A stretch of 54,416 nt of DNA from a virus (IMGVR_UViG_3300025080_000036:1-54416); one strand, 5' to 3'; counted from the stretch's first letter, positions 37,190 through 47,627 are shown. Notes: generated from the letters alone by a model not told the origin. Made by a program: numbers and translations.

Positions 37190-38371
37190 ATGAGTAAAAT
37201 CCTTGAACTACGCGAAAAACGCAACAAAATCTGGAACACCGCCAAGGAGTTCCTCAACCAGAAGCGCGGCGCGGACGGGCTTGTCCCCGCTGAAGCCGCA
37301 GCAGAATACGACAAAATGGAAGCCGACATGGTCGCCCTCGGCAAGGAAATCGAGCGTCTGGAACGCCAGTCGGCCTATGACCTTGAGATGGGCAAGCCGA
37401 CATCCGCTCCCATTTTGGGTGCGCCGACCAAGTCCACCGAAGCCAAGACAGGCAGGGCTACCAATGAGTACAAGGCGGACTTCGGCAATATCCTGCGTGG
37501 GAAACTACCCGTTAACAACGTTTTGAGCACGTCCCCCGACACCGACGGCGGCTATCTCGTGCCGATGGAATTCGAGCGGCAGATTATCATGGGGCTTCGG
37601 GAAGCCAACGTCATCCGCTCCATAGCCAAGACCATCACGACCTCGGCGGAGCGTAAAATCCCCATTGCCACAACACACTCCACCGCACAGTGGACTGCCG
37701 AGAACGCCGCTTACACTGAAAGCAACCCAACCTTCGCACAGAAGACGATCGATGCTTTCAAGCTGACCGATCTTGTGAAAGTCAGCACCGAGTTGTTGCA
37801 GGATTCCATGTTCGACCTCGAAAGCTACATCGCGGCTGAGTTCGCCAGAGCGTTCGGCGTCGCCGAGGAAGAAGCATTCTGTGTCGGCACCGGCACGGGT
37901 CAGCCTACAGGGATTTTTACCGCAAGCGGCGGCACGGTCGGTGTGACGGCGGGTTCTGCTACGGCAATCACCGTCGACAACATCATCGACCTCATTTACG
38001 CTCTGAAAAGCCCGTACCGCAGAAATGCCGTATTCCTCATGAAAGACGTGACAGTGTCCACGCTCAGGAAACTGAAGGATAGCAACGGCGCTTATCTCTG
38101 GCAGCCCTCCGTACAGGCGGGTCAGCCCGACAGGCTTCTTGGCTATCCCATTTACACTTCCCCTTACGCGCCTGCTGCGGCGGCTTCGGCTCTGCCTATA
38201 GCTTTCGGCGACTTCTCCAACTACTGGATTGCCGACCGCTTGGGAAGAACGGTGCAAAGGCTCAATGAACTTTACGCCGGAAACGGTCAGGTAGGCTTCA
38301 TCGCCACCGAGCGCGTGGATGGGAAAGTCATCCTATCTGAGGGCATACAGCTTCTTCAGATGGGTTCGTAG
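37190..38371 (+). CDS. HK97-family major capsid protein
   Basis: DGGYLVP, VSTELLQDS, LRKLKDSNGAYLWQP, FGDFS, ERVDG. Confidence 0.95.
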   Translation: MSKILELREKRNKIWNTAKEFLNQKRGADGLVPAEAAAEYDKMEADMVALGKEIERLERQSAYDLEMGKPTSAPILGAPTKSTEAKTGRATNEYKADFGNILRGKLPVNNVLSTSPDTDGGYLVPMEFERQIIMGLREANVIRSIAKTITTSAERKIPIATTHSTAQWTAENAAYTESNPTFAQKTIDAFKLTDLVKVSTELLQDSMFDLESYIAAEFARAFGVAEEEAFCVGTGTGQPTGIFTASGGTVGVTAGSATAITVDNIIDLIYALKSPYRRNAVFLMKDVTVSTLRKLKDSNGAYLWQPSVQAGQPDRLLGYPIYTSPYAPAAAASALPIAFGDFSNYWIADRLGRTVQRLNELYAGNGQVGFIATERVDGKVILSEGIQLLQMGS

Positions 38372-38387
38372 TGGGAGGTGGGCGGCG

Positions 38388-38705
38388 ATGACGCCAATGG
38401 AATTATTGCCAAAAGTCAAAGAAAACCTGATACTTGCACACGGCGAGGATGACGGTCTGCTCCTGCGGCTCATCACCGCCGCCGTGAGCTATGCCGAAAG
38501 CTATCAGCATATCTCGGAGGGTTTTTATACAGAGAACCCTATGCCTCCAACCACCGAGCAGGCGATCATCATGCTGTCGAGCCATTTCTACGAAAGCAGG
38601 GATGGCTCGACGGCTGGCTTTTTCGCCGACAGCGTTCAGGCGGGTCAGCAGGTTTGGAACACGGTCAACACCCTATTGCGCCTTGACAGATTGTGGGGGG
38701 TTTGA
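38388..38705 (+). CDS. Head-tail connector (gp6-like)
   Basis: VKENLIL, DDGLL...AAVSYAE, HFYESR; position after the capsid gene. Confidence 0.85.
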   Translation: MTPMELLPKVKENLILAHGEDDGLLLRLITAAVSYAESYQHISEGFYTENPMPPTTEQAIIMLSSHFYESRDGSTAGFFADSVQAGQQVWNTVNTLLRLDRLWGV

Positions 38706-38708
38706 CCG

Positions 38709-38996
38709 TCACGAACGAAGCCAAGCATCGTTAAAGCGTATACGAAACTCTTCAAGGACTTCCTCAAATCGTGCAAATCCTTCTTCACGCATACGGTGTG
38801 CAAAACCGATACTACGCTCCGTGCCAATGACCGCCGACCAAAAATACTGTACCATCCCGGCGGCATCACGTTGGCTCATTCGGGTAATCGTAAGATTCAC
38901 ACCGCTTTTGAGTTCTTTGGAAGCAGTAGGAGAATTCAGGACAGGGTCAAAAACGTGTTGATGGAGAAACGCCAGCAATTCTTGTTCTTTAGTCAT
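38709..38996 (-). CDS. Hypothetical protein (95 aa), moron gene 2
   Basis: GAGGGG RBS; 1 nt from the upstream stop; antisense to the head operon. Confidence 0.75.
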   Translation of the reverse strand: MTKEQELLAFLHQHVFDPVLNSPTASKELKSGVNLTITRMSQRDAAGMVQYFWSAVIGTERSIGFAHRMREEGFARFEEVLEEFRIRFNDAWLRS

Positions 38997-38997
38997 A

Positions 38998-39435
38998 TTA
39001 CCCCTCGCTTTCAGAGGATGGAATTATTTCCTCAACTCGCTTGACGATTTTCATGCTCCTTGGAGCAAGCACGTCAAAGCGGTACGTTGAGGCAGACTGA
39101 AACTTAGTTGCGTTGATGCTTTTAGGTAAGTCTTTCTGTTTCCACACTGTGTACCCGAAAGGCTCAAGTATGGTCTTAATCATCAGCCCTACTGCTTGCT
39201 TGGTAAAGTTGTCGTCCAGAGAATTATCATGCGACTTGTTTGGGTCGGCGAAAAAATGCTCGACATTGACGGCAACAGGTGCAAGAGCAGGTTTACCTGC
39301 TTCGCTCGCGTCTATCATCTGAACGATGATGAAGTCCTGCGAGAGGAAACCAAAAATATTCTGCATATCGTCGTCGTTTTCGAACTTGCGGCAGTTTGGG
39401 TTTTGAGTGATGAAATCGTTATAGGTAGCTAACAT
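38998..39435 (-). CDS. Hypothetical protein (145 aa), moron gene 1
   Basis: Start ATG 39435 after AAAGGAG; AT-richer than the flanks. Confidence 0.75.
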   Translation of the reverse strand: MLATYNDFITQNPNCRKFENDDDMQNIFGFLSQDFIIVQMIDASEAGKPALAPVAVNVEHFFADPNKSHDNSLDDNFTKQAVGLMIKTILEPFGYTVWKQKDLPKSINATKFQSASTYRFDVLAPRSMKIVKRVEEIIPSSESEG

Positions 39436-39474
39436 AATGGACACTCCTTTTGTGTTAAGTTGTTTTACTTATGT

Positions 39475-39509
39475 ATAATAACATATCTGAAATCAGTTGT
39501 CTATATGTT
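39475..39509 (-). promoter_or_regulatory. SigA-type promoter of the moron with overlapping palindromes
   Basis: TAGACA (39503-39498), 17 bp, TG-T-TATTAT (39480-39475); AACATAT/ATATGTT and CTGA-AA-TCAG inverted repeats overlap it. Confidence 0.6.
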
Positions 39510-39537
39510 TAGGAAAAAATTCGGAGGTGTCCGCCTT

Positions 39538-39873
39538 ATGGCATTCGGGAAAATGAACACGTTTGTAAACATCGTCACCACTTCCCCGACCAAGGATGTC
39601 GAGGGTTTTGTCAAAAAGGGCGACACCGTACTTGCTTCCGTCCGTGCATATAAAGAGGAAAAACACGGTACGGAGCGTTGGGCAAACATGGCGGCGTTTT
39701 CCGAAGCAACCGCCCTGTTCCGCTTCCGCAAATTGCCGGGGCTTGCCGTTGACACGACACTTATCATCACCTGCGACACAGGCAGATACCGCATTATTTC
39801 TGCGGAGGATGTCAAAGGTCGCGGAATGTATATCGAGTGCCTTTGCGAGAAACTCAAAAGGAGCGTGAAGTGA
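39538..39873 (+). CDS. Head closure / head-tail adaptor
   Basis: MAFGKMN...KDVEGF...FRFR...RYRIISAEDVKGRGMYIE; position. Confidence 0.8.
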   Translation: MAFGKMNTFVNIVTTSPTKDVEGFVKKGDTVLASVRAYKEEKHGTERWANMAAFSEATALFRFRKLPGLAVDTTLIITCDTGRYRIISAEDVKGRGMYIECLCEKLKRSVK

Positions 39874-40310
39874 TGGCAAAAGTTGAATTAACACTCCCCA
39901 CCGACTTTGAAGAACGGCTCTCCCGCCTTGGCGACAAGACGGATGAAATCATCCCCAAGGTGCTGGAAGCGGGCGGCGAAGTCGTGCTTGCCAAGGCGAA
40001 AAGCAACCTCTCCTCCGTGGTCGGGCGGGGCACGAAAGTAAAGAGCCGCTCCACAGGCGAGTTGGAAAACTCCCTCGGCCTGTCGAAAGCACGGCAAAAG
40101 CGGGACGGCTCCGGCTGGGACGTTAAGGTCGGTTTCGCCGAACCCCGGCGCGGTAAAGGCGACTCTAATGCCAAAATCGCAAACATCATCGAATACGGGC
40201 GACATGGGCGACCGGCGAAGCCTTTTATGAAGCCCGCCCGAACCCAGTCGAAAAACGCCGCTGTTGAAGCGATGAAAGAGAAATTCGAGCAGGAGGTTGA
40301 GCACATATGA
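39873..40310 (+). CDS. HK97 gp10-like tail-joining protein
   Basis: STGELENSL, IIEYG, PAKPFMKPA. Confidence 0.85.
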   Translation: MAKVELTLPTDFEERLSRLGDKTDEIIPKVLEAGGEVVLAKAKSNLSSVVGRGTKVKSRSTGELENSLGLSKARQKRDGSGWDVKVGFAEPRRGKGDSNAKIANIIEYGRHGRPAKPFMKPARTQSKNAAVEAMKEKFEQEVEHI

Positions 40311-40648
40311 GCATTTTACAAGAACTGAACACGCTGCTCTCTTCCATTCTGCCTGTGGAAACGGGCATATTCAGCAGCGTTGCGCCCGACGAGTATCTTG
40401 TCCTCACGCCGATGACGGACACCTTCGCCTTGTTCGGCGACAACACGCCGCTCATCGATGTGTCCGAGGTGCGCATATCCCTGTTTTCAAAGGGCAATTA
40501 CATCAAACGGAAGTATCAGATTACCGCCGCCCTGCTTGGGGCGGCGTTCACCATAACAGACCGCCGGTATATTGGTCACGAGGACGATACCGGCTACCAC
40601 CACTTCGCTTTAGATGCGGCAAAAGAATATGAAACGGAGGAAAATTAA
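40307..40648 (+). CDS. Putative tail terminator/completion protein
   Basis: Position; PDEYLV, HEDDTGYHH. Confidence 0.7.
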   Translation: MSILQELNTLLSSILPVETGIFSSVAPDEYLVLTPMTDTFALFGDNTPLIDVSEVRISLFSKGNYIKRKYQITAALLGAAFTITDRRYIGHEDDTGYHHFALDAAKEYETEEN

Positions 40649-40649
40649 T

Positions 40650-41240
40650 ATGGCTACTATCGGACTTGATAAACTCTACTACGCACCAATCACCGAAGCG
40701 CCGACCACGGGTCACGAAACCTACGGCTCGCCGGTCATGCTGGCGAAGGCTATCTCGGCTGAACTTTCCATTGAACTCGCTGAAGCGACGCTCTGGGCGG
40801 ATGACGGCGCCGCCGAAATCATCAAGGAATTCAAAAACGGTAAACTGACCCTTGGCGTGGACGACATCGGGAAAACCGTCGCCGCCAAACTGACGGGAGC
40901 GATCACGGACGAAAACGGCGTCCTTATCTCGGCTTCGGAGGATGGCGGCGACCCTGTGGCTATCGGATTTCGGGCGAAGAAGGCAAACGGCAAGTACCGC
41001 TATTTCTGGTTGTACCGCGTGAAGTTTGGCGTACCGTCCACTAACCTCGCCACCAAAGGCGACAGCATCACCTTTTCCACGCCGAGCATTGAAGGCACGG
41101 TCTCCCGCCGCAATAAACCGGACGGCAACGACCGCCATCCGTGGAAAGCAGAAGTCAACGAAGACGATACGGATGTGGTGTCCGGTGTAATCAGCGGATG
41201 GTATACGCAGGTGTATGAACCTGAGTTTGGTATCGTTTAG
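40650..41240 (+). CDS. Major tail protein (phi13-like)
   Basis: MATIGLDKLYYA, LWADDG, VAIGFRAKKANGKYRYFWLYRVKF. Confidence 0.9.
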   Translation: MATIGLDKLYYAPITEAPTTGHETYGSPVMLAKAISAELSIELAEATLWADDGAAEIIKEFKNGKLTLGVDDIGKTVAAKLTGAITDENGVLISASEDGGDPVAIGFRAKKANGKYRYFWLYRVKFGVPSTNLATKGDSITFSTPSIEGTVSRRNKPDGNDRHPWKAEVNEDDTDVVSGVISGWYTQVYEPEFGIV

Positions 41241-41252
41241 GAGGGCTGACAT

Positions 41253-41639
41253 ATGGATAACGAAAGAAGCGCGGTAATCCGCATCGGCGACGGGGATTTC
41301 GAGTTGCAGCTTACCACCCGTGCCACCAAGGAAATCGCCAAACGCTACGGCGGGCTTGAAAATTTGGGTGAGAAGCTGATGAAATCGGAGAACTTCGAGA
41401 TGGCTCTGGACGAGATTATTTGGTTAATTACCCTCCTTGCTAATCAGCCCATCCTCATCCACAACCTTCGGAACAAGGAAAAACCGAAAGAACTGCTAAC
41501 CGCGGAAGAGGTGGAACTGCTCACTTCGCCCCTTGAACTGGCGGCATATAAGACGGCAATCACCGAGGCGATGTTCAAGGGTACGAACCGCAATATTGAA
41601 AGCGAGGGCGGCGTGTCAAAAAACGCCGAGGTCGGGTAA
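41253..41639 (+). CDS. Tail assembly chaperone (gpG-like)
   Basis: Lies between the major tail and tape measure genes; ends near an A-AAA-AAC slippery site. Confidence 0.8.
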   Translation: MDNERSAVIRIGDGDFELQLTTRATKEIAKRYGGLENLGEKLMKSENFEMALDEIIWLITLLANQPILIHNLRNKEKPKELLTAEEVELLTSPLELAAYKTAITEAMFKGTNRNIESEGGVSKNAEVG

Positions 41640-41827
41640 GCGACGATGAGTTGTTTACCCGACTTTTGTATTACGGTATGGTTCATCTGAACCGCTCCGA
41701 GGAGGAAACGTGGCTCACACCTATTGGTCAATTATTGGATTTGTGGGAATGTCACCGTCAGTTCCTTGGGATGACAAAGCCGAAGCGTGAACTGTTTATT
41801 GAGGATGTCATCCCCGATGGCATCTGA
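41618..41827 (+). CDS. -1 frameshift extension of the tail chaperone (gpGT-like)
   Basis: In-frame A AAA AAC at 41618-41624; the -1 frame is open KRRGRVSDDELFTRLLYYG...EDVIPDGI to TGA 41827. Confidence 0.75.
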   Translation, partial: KKRRGRVSDDELFTRLLYYGMVHLNRSEEETWLTPIGQLLDLWECHRQFLGMTKPKRELFIEDVIPDGI

Positions 41828-41854
41828 TTTTTTTTGCGGAAGGAGGTGTTTTAG

Positions 41855-44314
41855 GTGGCTGACAATTTTGGACTGAAAATAGGTATCGAGGGCGAGAAGG
41901 AATTTAAGAACGCCCTGCGTGATATAAACCAGTCGTTTAAAGTCCTTGGCTCGGAAATGAAGCTGGTGTCGAGTGAATTCGATAAGCAGGATAAATCCAT
42001 AGCGGCCACAGCCGCCCGTAACGAAGTCCTCAACAAGGCAATCGACGCCCAGAAGGACAAAATCTCTACACTCGAAGCAGCACTAAAAAACGCCTCCGAC
42101 AGCTTTGGCGAAAACGACAGCCGCACCCAAAACTGGCAGATTGCCCTGAACAACGCCAACGCGGAACTCAACAACATGGAGCGCGAACTGGAGGAATCAG
42201 CGGAGGAAGCCGACGACCTCGGCGAAGAGCTGGAGGATGCGGGTGACAGCGCGGAAAAAAGCGGCGACAAATTCGATAAACTGGGCGGCATCCTCAAGGG
42301 CATCGGTATGGCAATGGGTGCGGTGGCTGTCGCCGCCGGAGCTGCCGCCATTAAACTCGGCAAAGAAGTCGTGCAGCAGTTCGGCGAACTGGAGCAGAAC
42401 CTTGGCGGCTCCGAGGCCGTCTTTCAAAAATACGCCGGCAATATGCAAAAAATCGGCGAAGAAGCCTACAAAAATATGGGTGTGTCGCAAAGTCAATATC
42501 TTGCCACCGCCAACAAAATGGGCGCTTTGTTTCAAGGTTCAGGCTTGGATGTGCAAAAATCGGCTGAACTAACCGAAAAGGCGATGCAACGTGCGGCTGA
42601 CATGGCTTCGGTCATGGGAATTGATATGCAGCAAGCGCTCGACTCCGTAGCTGGCGCGGCAAAAAGCAACTTTACCATGATGGATAACCTCGGTGTCGCC
42701 ATGAACGCCACCAACATCGAAGCCTATGCCCTCTCAAAAGGTCTTGATTTTGTTTGGAGTTCTGCCACCCAAGCGGAAAAAGCCGAAGTCGCCATGCAGA
42801 TGTTTTTTGAGAACACCGAGCAGTACGCGGGCAACTTCGCAAAGGAATCCACCGAAACCGTCACCGGTGCGCTCGGTCTGCTCACAGCCGCCACTGATTC
42901 GTTTGTGGCAGGTCTTGGCAACGCCAACGCCGATATGACGAACCTCACCGAGAACCTCGTTGACGCTTTTCAAGCGGTAGTGCAGAACATCGTGCCTGTC
43001 TTGGAAAACATCGTGAAAGCTCTGCCGCAGGCGACCGACGCTATACTGTCGGCAGTCGGTGATTTGCTTCCGATGTTATTGGACGTGGTCGTGAATATCT
43101 TTACGCAGGTGCTGAACACAATCCTCTCGCTTTTGCCGGAGTTGATTCCTGCAGCAGTGGATGCCGTCATGACGATAGTCGGTGCTTTGATAGATAACCT
43201 TCCTCTGCTCATTGATGCGGCGGTGCAATTGGTAACCGCCCTCGTGACAGGCATAGCCGACGCACTCCCTCAACTGATACCAGCGGCGGTCAACGCCGTC
43301 ACCACCATAGTTCAAGGCTTGGTAAACAGTCTGCCTATGATATTGAACGCCGCCTTGCAACTGGTTCTCGGACTGACAGAGGGCATCTTGGACGCGCTGC
43401 CCCGGTTGATAGTGGCTCTGCCCGCCATCATCCTCGGCATCGTGGATTTCATCATTGGGGCGATTCCGCAAATCATCGACGCAGGGATTCAGCTTCTGGT
43501 TTCGCTTGTTGAAGCGCTGCCCGAAATCATCACGGCGATTGTGGCAGCGATTCCACAGATTATTGAAGGACTGATTACAGCGATACTCGGCTCTATACCA
43601 CAGCTGATTGATGCGGGAATCAAGTTGTTGGTGTCGCTGATTCAAAATCTGCCGCAAATCATCACCACGGTCGTAGTGGCGATACCACAGATTATCACAT
43701 CGCTCATAACAGCGATTGTCGGGAGTATTCCACAAATCATCCAAGCGGGCATACAGCTATTTGTATCCCTGATTAAGAACCTCCCAACCATTATCGTGGA
43801 AATCGTGAAAGCGATCCCCCAGATTATTACCGCCATCGTAAAGGCCTTCACGGGTAACATTGGGAAAATGATACAGGTCGGCAGCGATCTCATCAAGGGG
43901 CTGTGGCAGGGCATTTCCAATGTCTCAGACTGGATTCGGGGTAAAATATCCGGCTTTTTCGGCGGCATAGTTGACGGCATCAAGAACTTTTTTGGCATCA
44001 AGTCCCCGTCCACCTTATTCGCCGGACTTGGCGAGAACATGGGTCAGGGCATCGGCGTGGGCTTCGAGCGGGCGATGGATGAAGTCGCCAAAGATATGCA
44101 AAACGCTATCCCCACCGCTTTCGATACGCCCGGCGTGAACGCGGGTGATGTAACTGGCGGTCATGGCGGCTTGGCGGTGTCAGGCGTGCCTGCGCTTATC
44201 ACCATACAACAGATGATTGTCCGCAGCGAGGACGACATCCGCAGGATTTCACAGGAACTGTATAACTTGATGCAGACCGGCTCGCGGGCGCGGGGACGGT
44301 TCAACCCGGCATAA
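41855..44314 (+). CDS. Tape measure protein
   Basis: 819 aa helical protein with IPQII-type repeats; FFGIKSPS C-terminal motif. Confidence 0.92.
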   Translation: MADNFGLKIGIEGEKEFKNALRDINQSFKVLGSEMKLVSSEFDKQDKSIAATAARNEVLNKAIDAQKDKISTLEAALKNASDSFGENDSRTQNWQIALNNANAELNNMERELEESAEEADDLGEELEDAGDSAEKSGDKFDKLGGILKGIGMAMGAVAVAAGAAAIKLGKEVVQQFGELEQNLGGSEAVFQKYAGNMQKIGEEAYKNMGVSQSQYLATANKMGALFQGSGLDVQKSAELTEKAMQRAADMASVMGIDMQQALDSVAGAAKSNFTMMDNLGVAMNATNIEAYALSKGLDFVWSSATQAEKAEVAMQMFFENTEQYAGNFAKESTETVTGALGLLTAATDSFVAGLGNANADMTNLTENLVDAFQAVVQNIVPVLENIVKALPQATDAILSAVGDLLPMLLDVVVNIFTQVLNTILSLLPELIPAAVDAVMTIVGALIDNLPLLIDAAVQLVTALVTGIADALPQLIPAAVNAVTTIVQGLVNSLPMILNAALQLVLGLTEGILDALPRLIVALPAIILGIVDFIIGAIPQIIDAGIQLLVSLVEALPEIITAIVAAIPQIIEGLITAILGSIPQLIDAGIKLLVSLIQNLPQIITTVVVAIPQIITSLITAIVGSIPQIIQAGIQLFVSLIKNLPTIIVEIVKAIPQIITAIVKAFTGNIGKMIQVGSDLIKGLWQGISNVSDWIRGKISGFFGGIVDGIKNFFGIKSPSTLFAGLGENMGQGIGVGFERAMDEVAKDMQNAIPTAFDTPGVNAGDVTGGHGGLAVSGVPALITIQQMIVRSEDDIRRISQELYNLMQTGSRARGRFNPA

Positions 44315-44329
44315 GGAGGAGGTGTTGGC

Positions 44330-45103
44330 GTGGGCTTTATTTTCAACGGAATATCATCACAAGGCATGAACGTCAAGGCTCGGCTGACCTCTTGGCAGGC
44401 TTCGCCGCCCTTGCGGAACTCCTTTGTGCAAATACCCGGCAAGCCCGGCGTGGCGGACTTTGGGAGCGACAGCGCGGAGCGGGTCATTACCGTGCGGTGC
44501 AATATCGCACCGAGGCACAGCCTCGCTTCTCTGGTTGATGTTTTGGATGGACTTGCCGAGTGGCTCGACCCCGACAAGGGGCTGAAACAACTTGTGCTTG
44601 ACGATGTGCCGGACAGATACTTCACGGCGCGGTTGCAGGACGCCGTAAACTGCGAGCGGCTTATTCGGTCAGCAGGCGCATTTGACCTGAACTTCGTCTG
44701 CCCTGACCCACACGCATATGCTTTGACGGACGAGGGTTTTACGCTGACCCAAACCGGCGCGAATACGGTCACGAGGGTCAAGGGCAACACGAATTCACTC
44801 CCTGTCTGTCTTTTGAAAGGCATAATTCCGTCAGGTTCTGCGACCTATGTGTCATTGAAAACAAACGATGAGGATCTCCGCGTGGTCGGCGCGCTGGCTT
44901 CCGGCGAAACCCTCGTCATCGACAGCGGTTTGGTGACCGCCAAGGTGGTAGACAGCACGGGCGAAACGCTCCGAAACGGGCTGCCATTATTACAGGAGTT
45001 GAATTTTCCCATACTCCGCAAAGGAGCGAACACCGTAACCATCACGGCGGTCGGTGCAACTTTTACGGAACTGCAAATACAGGCTAAGAGCCGATGGAGG
45101 TGA
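44330..45103 (+). CDS. Distal tail protein (Dit)
   Basis: GFIFNGISS, IPGKPG, DDVPDRYF, FVCPDPHAY. Confidence 0.85.
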   Translation: MGFIFNGISSQGMNVKARLTSWQASPPLRNSFVQIPGKPGVADFGSDSAERVITVRCNIAPRHSLASLVDVLDGLAEWLDPDKGLKQLVLDDVPDRYFTARLQDAVNCERLIRSAGAFDLNFVCPDPHAYALTDEGFTLTQTGANTVTRVKGNTNSLPVCLLKGIIPSGSATYVSLKTNDEDLRVVGALASGETLVIDSGLVTAKVVDSTGETLRNGLPLLQELNFPILRKGANTVTITAVGATFTELQIQAKSRWR

Positions 45104-45107
45104 GGAC

Positions 45108-47627
45108 GTGGCGGTAAAATCCATTTTAACTTCTCAAACAGACTTTACGGGCGAAATCCCCGCGACCGAAAAAACATCCGCACTCTGGCGGTTCAACGAA
45201 TCTACGCCGGACAGCGATACTCGCCTCGCGGATTCCTCCGGCAAAGGTCGGCATCTCACCATCTCCGGCTGGAGCGGCACGACCGCATCTCTTCCGAATG
45301 GCAGGTTCGGACGATATTTCCGTATGAACATCAATAACCCGACCACCGAAAAGACGCACCTTGTTGCTACAAACGGTGGCACATTCTTCTCGAACATTGG
45401 GAACAGGATCGCCGTGGGCGGCTGGATTAACCCCACGACACATTCGATTGGACAAAACTTTATCCCTCTTTTCAATACAAGACAAGGTCCCGGCCAGCCG
45501 ATTCTTTATATCTCCCTCTTCCAAGGGCGGCCGCGTATGATGCTCTACAACTCGGCGGGGACGCTTATCCTCGACCAGACAGAAACGCCCGGCTTCAACA
45601 TGGTCAACAACGGTTGGTACTTCCTCGCCGCCATTATAAATGTGACTGGCAAGAATTCGCAGTTAACCCTTTGCAACCGTGGCGACGGCGTGGTGTGGAC
45701 GGCTCCCTTGCGGACATTCACAGGCATACTGAACCCATCATGTACGGCAAATATCGTCATGGGGATGCACGCAAACCAGTATTACTATGCGGGTGGCCTG
45801 GATGAGTGGTTCTTTGAAACGGACACCGACCTGACCATCGACGACCTGATACGGCATTTTCGTCAAGCGATGCTTGGGGGCGGCGGCGACACTTCGGGAA
45901 ACGTGGATGCACTGACCGAGCCGGGAGCTGTCACCCTGCGGAAGGGTACCAATAACCTCTATCCTGAAAGCGGTCAACTTACCACGATTGCCGCCGAATG
46001 CAACCTTGCGGGGAGTGGTCGGGTATCGGTAACAAGCGAGTACACGGCGGGCGTGACTTCGATATCGCTCATTGAAACCTCAACATCCGACGACCTCATC
46101 GACTGGTCGGCTTGGCAGGCGGTCGGCTCGAACGGCGAACTTGCGTCCCCGAACCGTTCATATATCAAATATAGGGTAACGCTCTCCACTAACAACATAG
46201 CGGTCACGCCGAAGCTGCTCGATATCACCCTCCACGACATACCGAAAGCCCCGTATGAGAAACTGGGGTTTTCTCGTCCCGTGGTCTTGAACGGCAACGG
46301 TGCGTGGGAAGCGGTACTTGAAAACGCCTACGACATTATCGTCACGGGCGAGGTCAACGGAGCGGATACTTTGGAATTCAAGCTGCCGTTCAGTGACCCG
46401 AAGCGGGCGACGCTCGACAACGAAAAACAAGTGCAGATTGCCGAGGACATTTACCGCATACGGACGATGACGGATGAAAAAGGCTCGGACGGCAACAGCA
46501 TCCTGACCACGGTTTATGCGGAAGCGGCGTTCTACGACCTAACCTTCAGCGCTGAGAAACAGCCGAGAGAGTTCAACGCCGACCTGCCCGCCGTCCCGAT
46601 GGTGTTTGCCCTTGCGGGGACGGGTTGGGATGTCGGCACGATCAATGTAACCACGCTTCGGACATGGGACTGTCAAGAAAAGAACGCGCTCTCAATCCTA
46701 CGGATGGTGCAAAACATCCACGGCGGCGATTTGGTGTTCCACAGCCGTGACCGCCGCGTAGACTTGCTGACGTTCAACGGAACAGACAGCGGCGCACTCT
46801 TTGCCTACCGAAAGAACCTAACTGGAATTAAGCGTGTAGTGGATACACGAACCCTTGTCACGCGGCTCTACGCTATCGGCAAGGACGGCATGTCCTTCGC
46901 CACTATCAACGGCGGCAAGGAATATATTGAGGACTTCACCTATTCAAACGAGGTTCGGGTGGCGACACTCGACTGTTCCAATTTCACGAACCCTTATCAG
47001 ATGCTTGAATTTACAAATATGCGGCTTGCGGAGTATTCAAAACCCCGCGTGTCCTACGTCCTTTCGGCGATGGACTTGTCCGTGCTGACAGGTTATGAGC
47101 ATGAACGGTGGGATTTAGGCGATATCGTGACCGTGGACGACAGGGATTTGAACTTGACCATCAAGACCCGGATTATTCGCCGCCAGTATAACCTCCAAGA
47201 GCCGTGGAAAACAGTGCTGGAACTCTCCACGAAACTTAGGGAACTGGGCGATTCGTCCTCATCGGCGATTGCAGACCAGTTCGACCAGTCAAACCTTATA
47301 GGACAGGAAATCAAGGACATGGTGCCGTTCAACCATCTGCGCAACTCCCGTGCCGACGACGGCTTCGCCTACTGGCAGAATAGTGGCTTCTCGGTGGACA
47401 CCGAAAACGGCGTGTCCGGCACGGCTTCCTTCAAAGCGGTTGGTGTGGCGAATATGACAAAGAGCATGGCGCAGACGGTTTATCCGGCTTCAAGACGCAA
47501 CTACACCATATCGGCGCAAATCGGCTCGGATAATTTGAGCAAAGGCACGAACGGGCAGGTTGGCATTGAGGTGGTGTTCGAGTACGAGGACGGAACAACC
47601 GAAACACGATTTATTGATTTGTATTGA
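45108..47627 (+). CDS. Tail spike/Tal-like protein with N-terminal LamG-like and C-terminal partial CBM-like domains
   Basis: GTG 45108; LWRFNE...DSSG...GWYFLA...GGLDE (LamG); LVTRLYAIGKDG, LGDIVTVDD (prophage tail); NHLRNS...W at the end. Confidence 0.8.
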   Translation: MAVKSILTSQTDFTGEIPATEKTSALWRFNESTPDSDTRLADSSGKGRHLTISGWSGTTASLPNGRFGRYFRMNINNPTTEKTHLVATNGGTFFSNIGNRIAVGGWINPTTHSIGQNFIPLFNTRQGPGQPILYISLFQGRPRMMLYNSAGTLILDQTETPGFNMVNNGWYFLAAIINVTGKNSQLTLCNRGDGVVWTAPLRTFTGILNPSCTANIVMGMHANQYYYAGGLDEWFFETDTDLTIDDLIRHFRQAMLGGGGDTSGNVDALTEPGAVTLRKGTNNLYPESGQLTTIAAECNLAGSGRVSVTSEYTAGVTSISLIETSTSDDLIDWSAWQAVGSNGELASPNRSYIKYRVTLSTNNIAVTPKLLDITLHDIPKAPYEKLGFSRPVVLNGNGAWEAVLENAYDIIVTGEVNGADTLEFKLPFSDPKRATLDNEKQVQIAEDIYRIRTMTDEKGSDGNSILTTVYAEAAFYDLTFSAEKQPREFNADLPAVPMVFALAGTGWDVGTINVTTLRTWDCQEKNALSILRMVQNIHGGDLVFHSRDRRVDLLTFNGTDSGALFAYRKNLTGIKRVVDTRTLVTRLYAIGKDGMSFATINGGKEYIEDFTYSNEVRVATLDCSNFTNPYQMLEFTNMRLAEYSKPRVSYVLSAMDLSVLTGYEHERWDLGDIVTVDDRDLNLTIKTRIIRRQYNLQEPWKTVLELSTKLRELGDSSSSAIADQFDQSNLIGQEIKDMVPFNHLRNSRADDGFAYWQNSGFSVDTENGVSGTASFKAVGVANMTKSMAQTVYPASRRNYTISAQIGSDNLSKGTNGQVGIEVVFEYEDGTTETRFIDLY

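Noticed and set aside
42990-43860. Periodic repeats in the tape measure gene
   Set aside because: Ordinary protein-level IPQII-type repeats of tape measure proteins.
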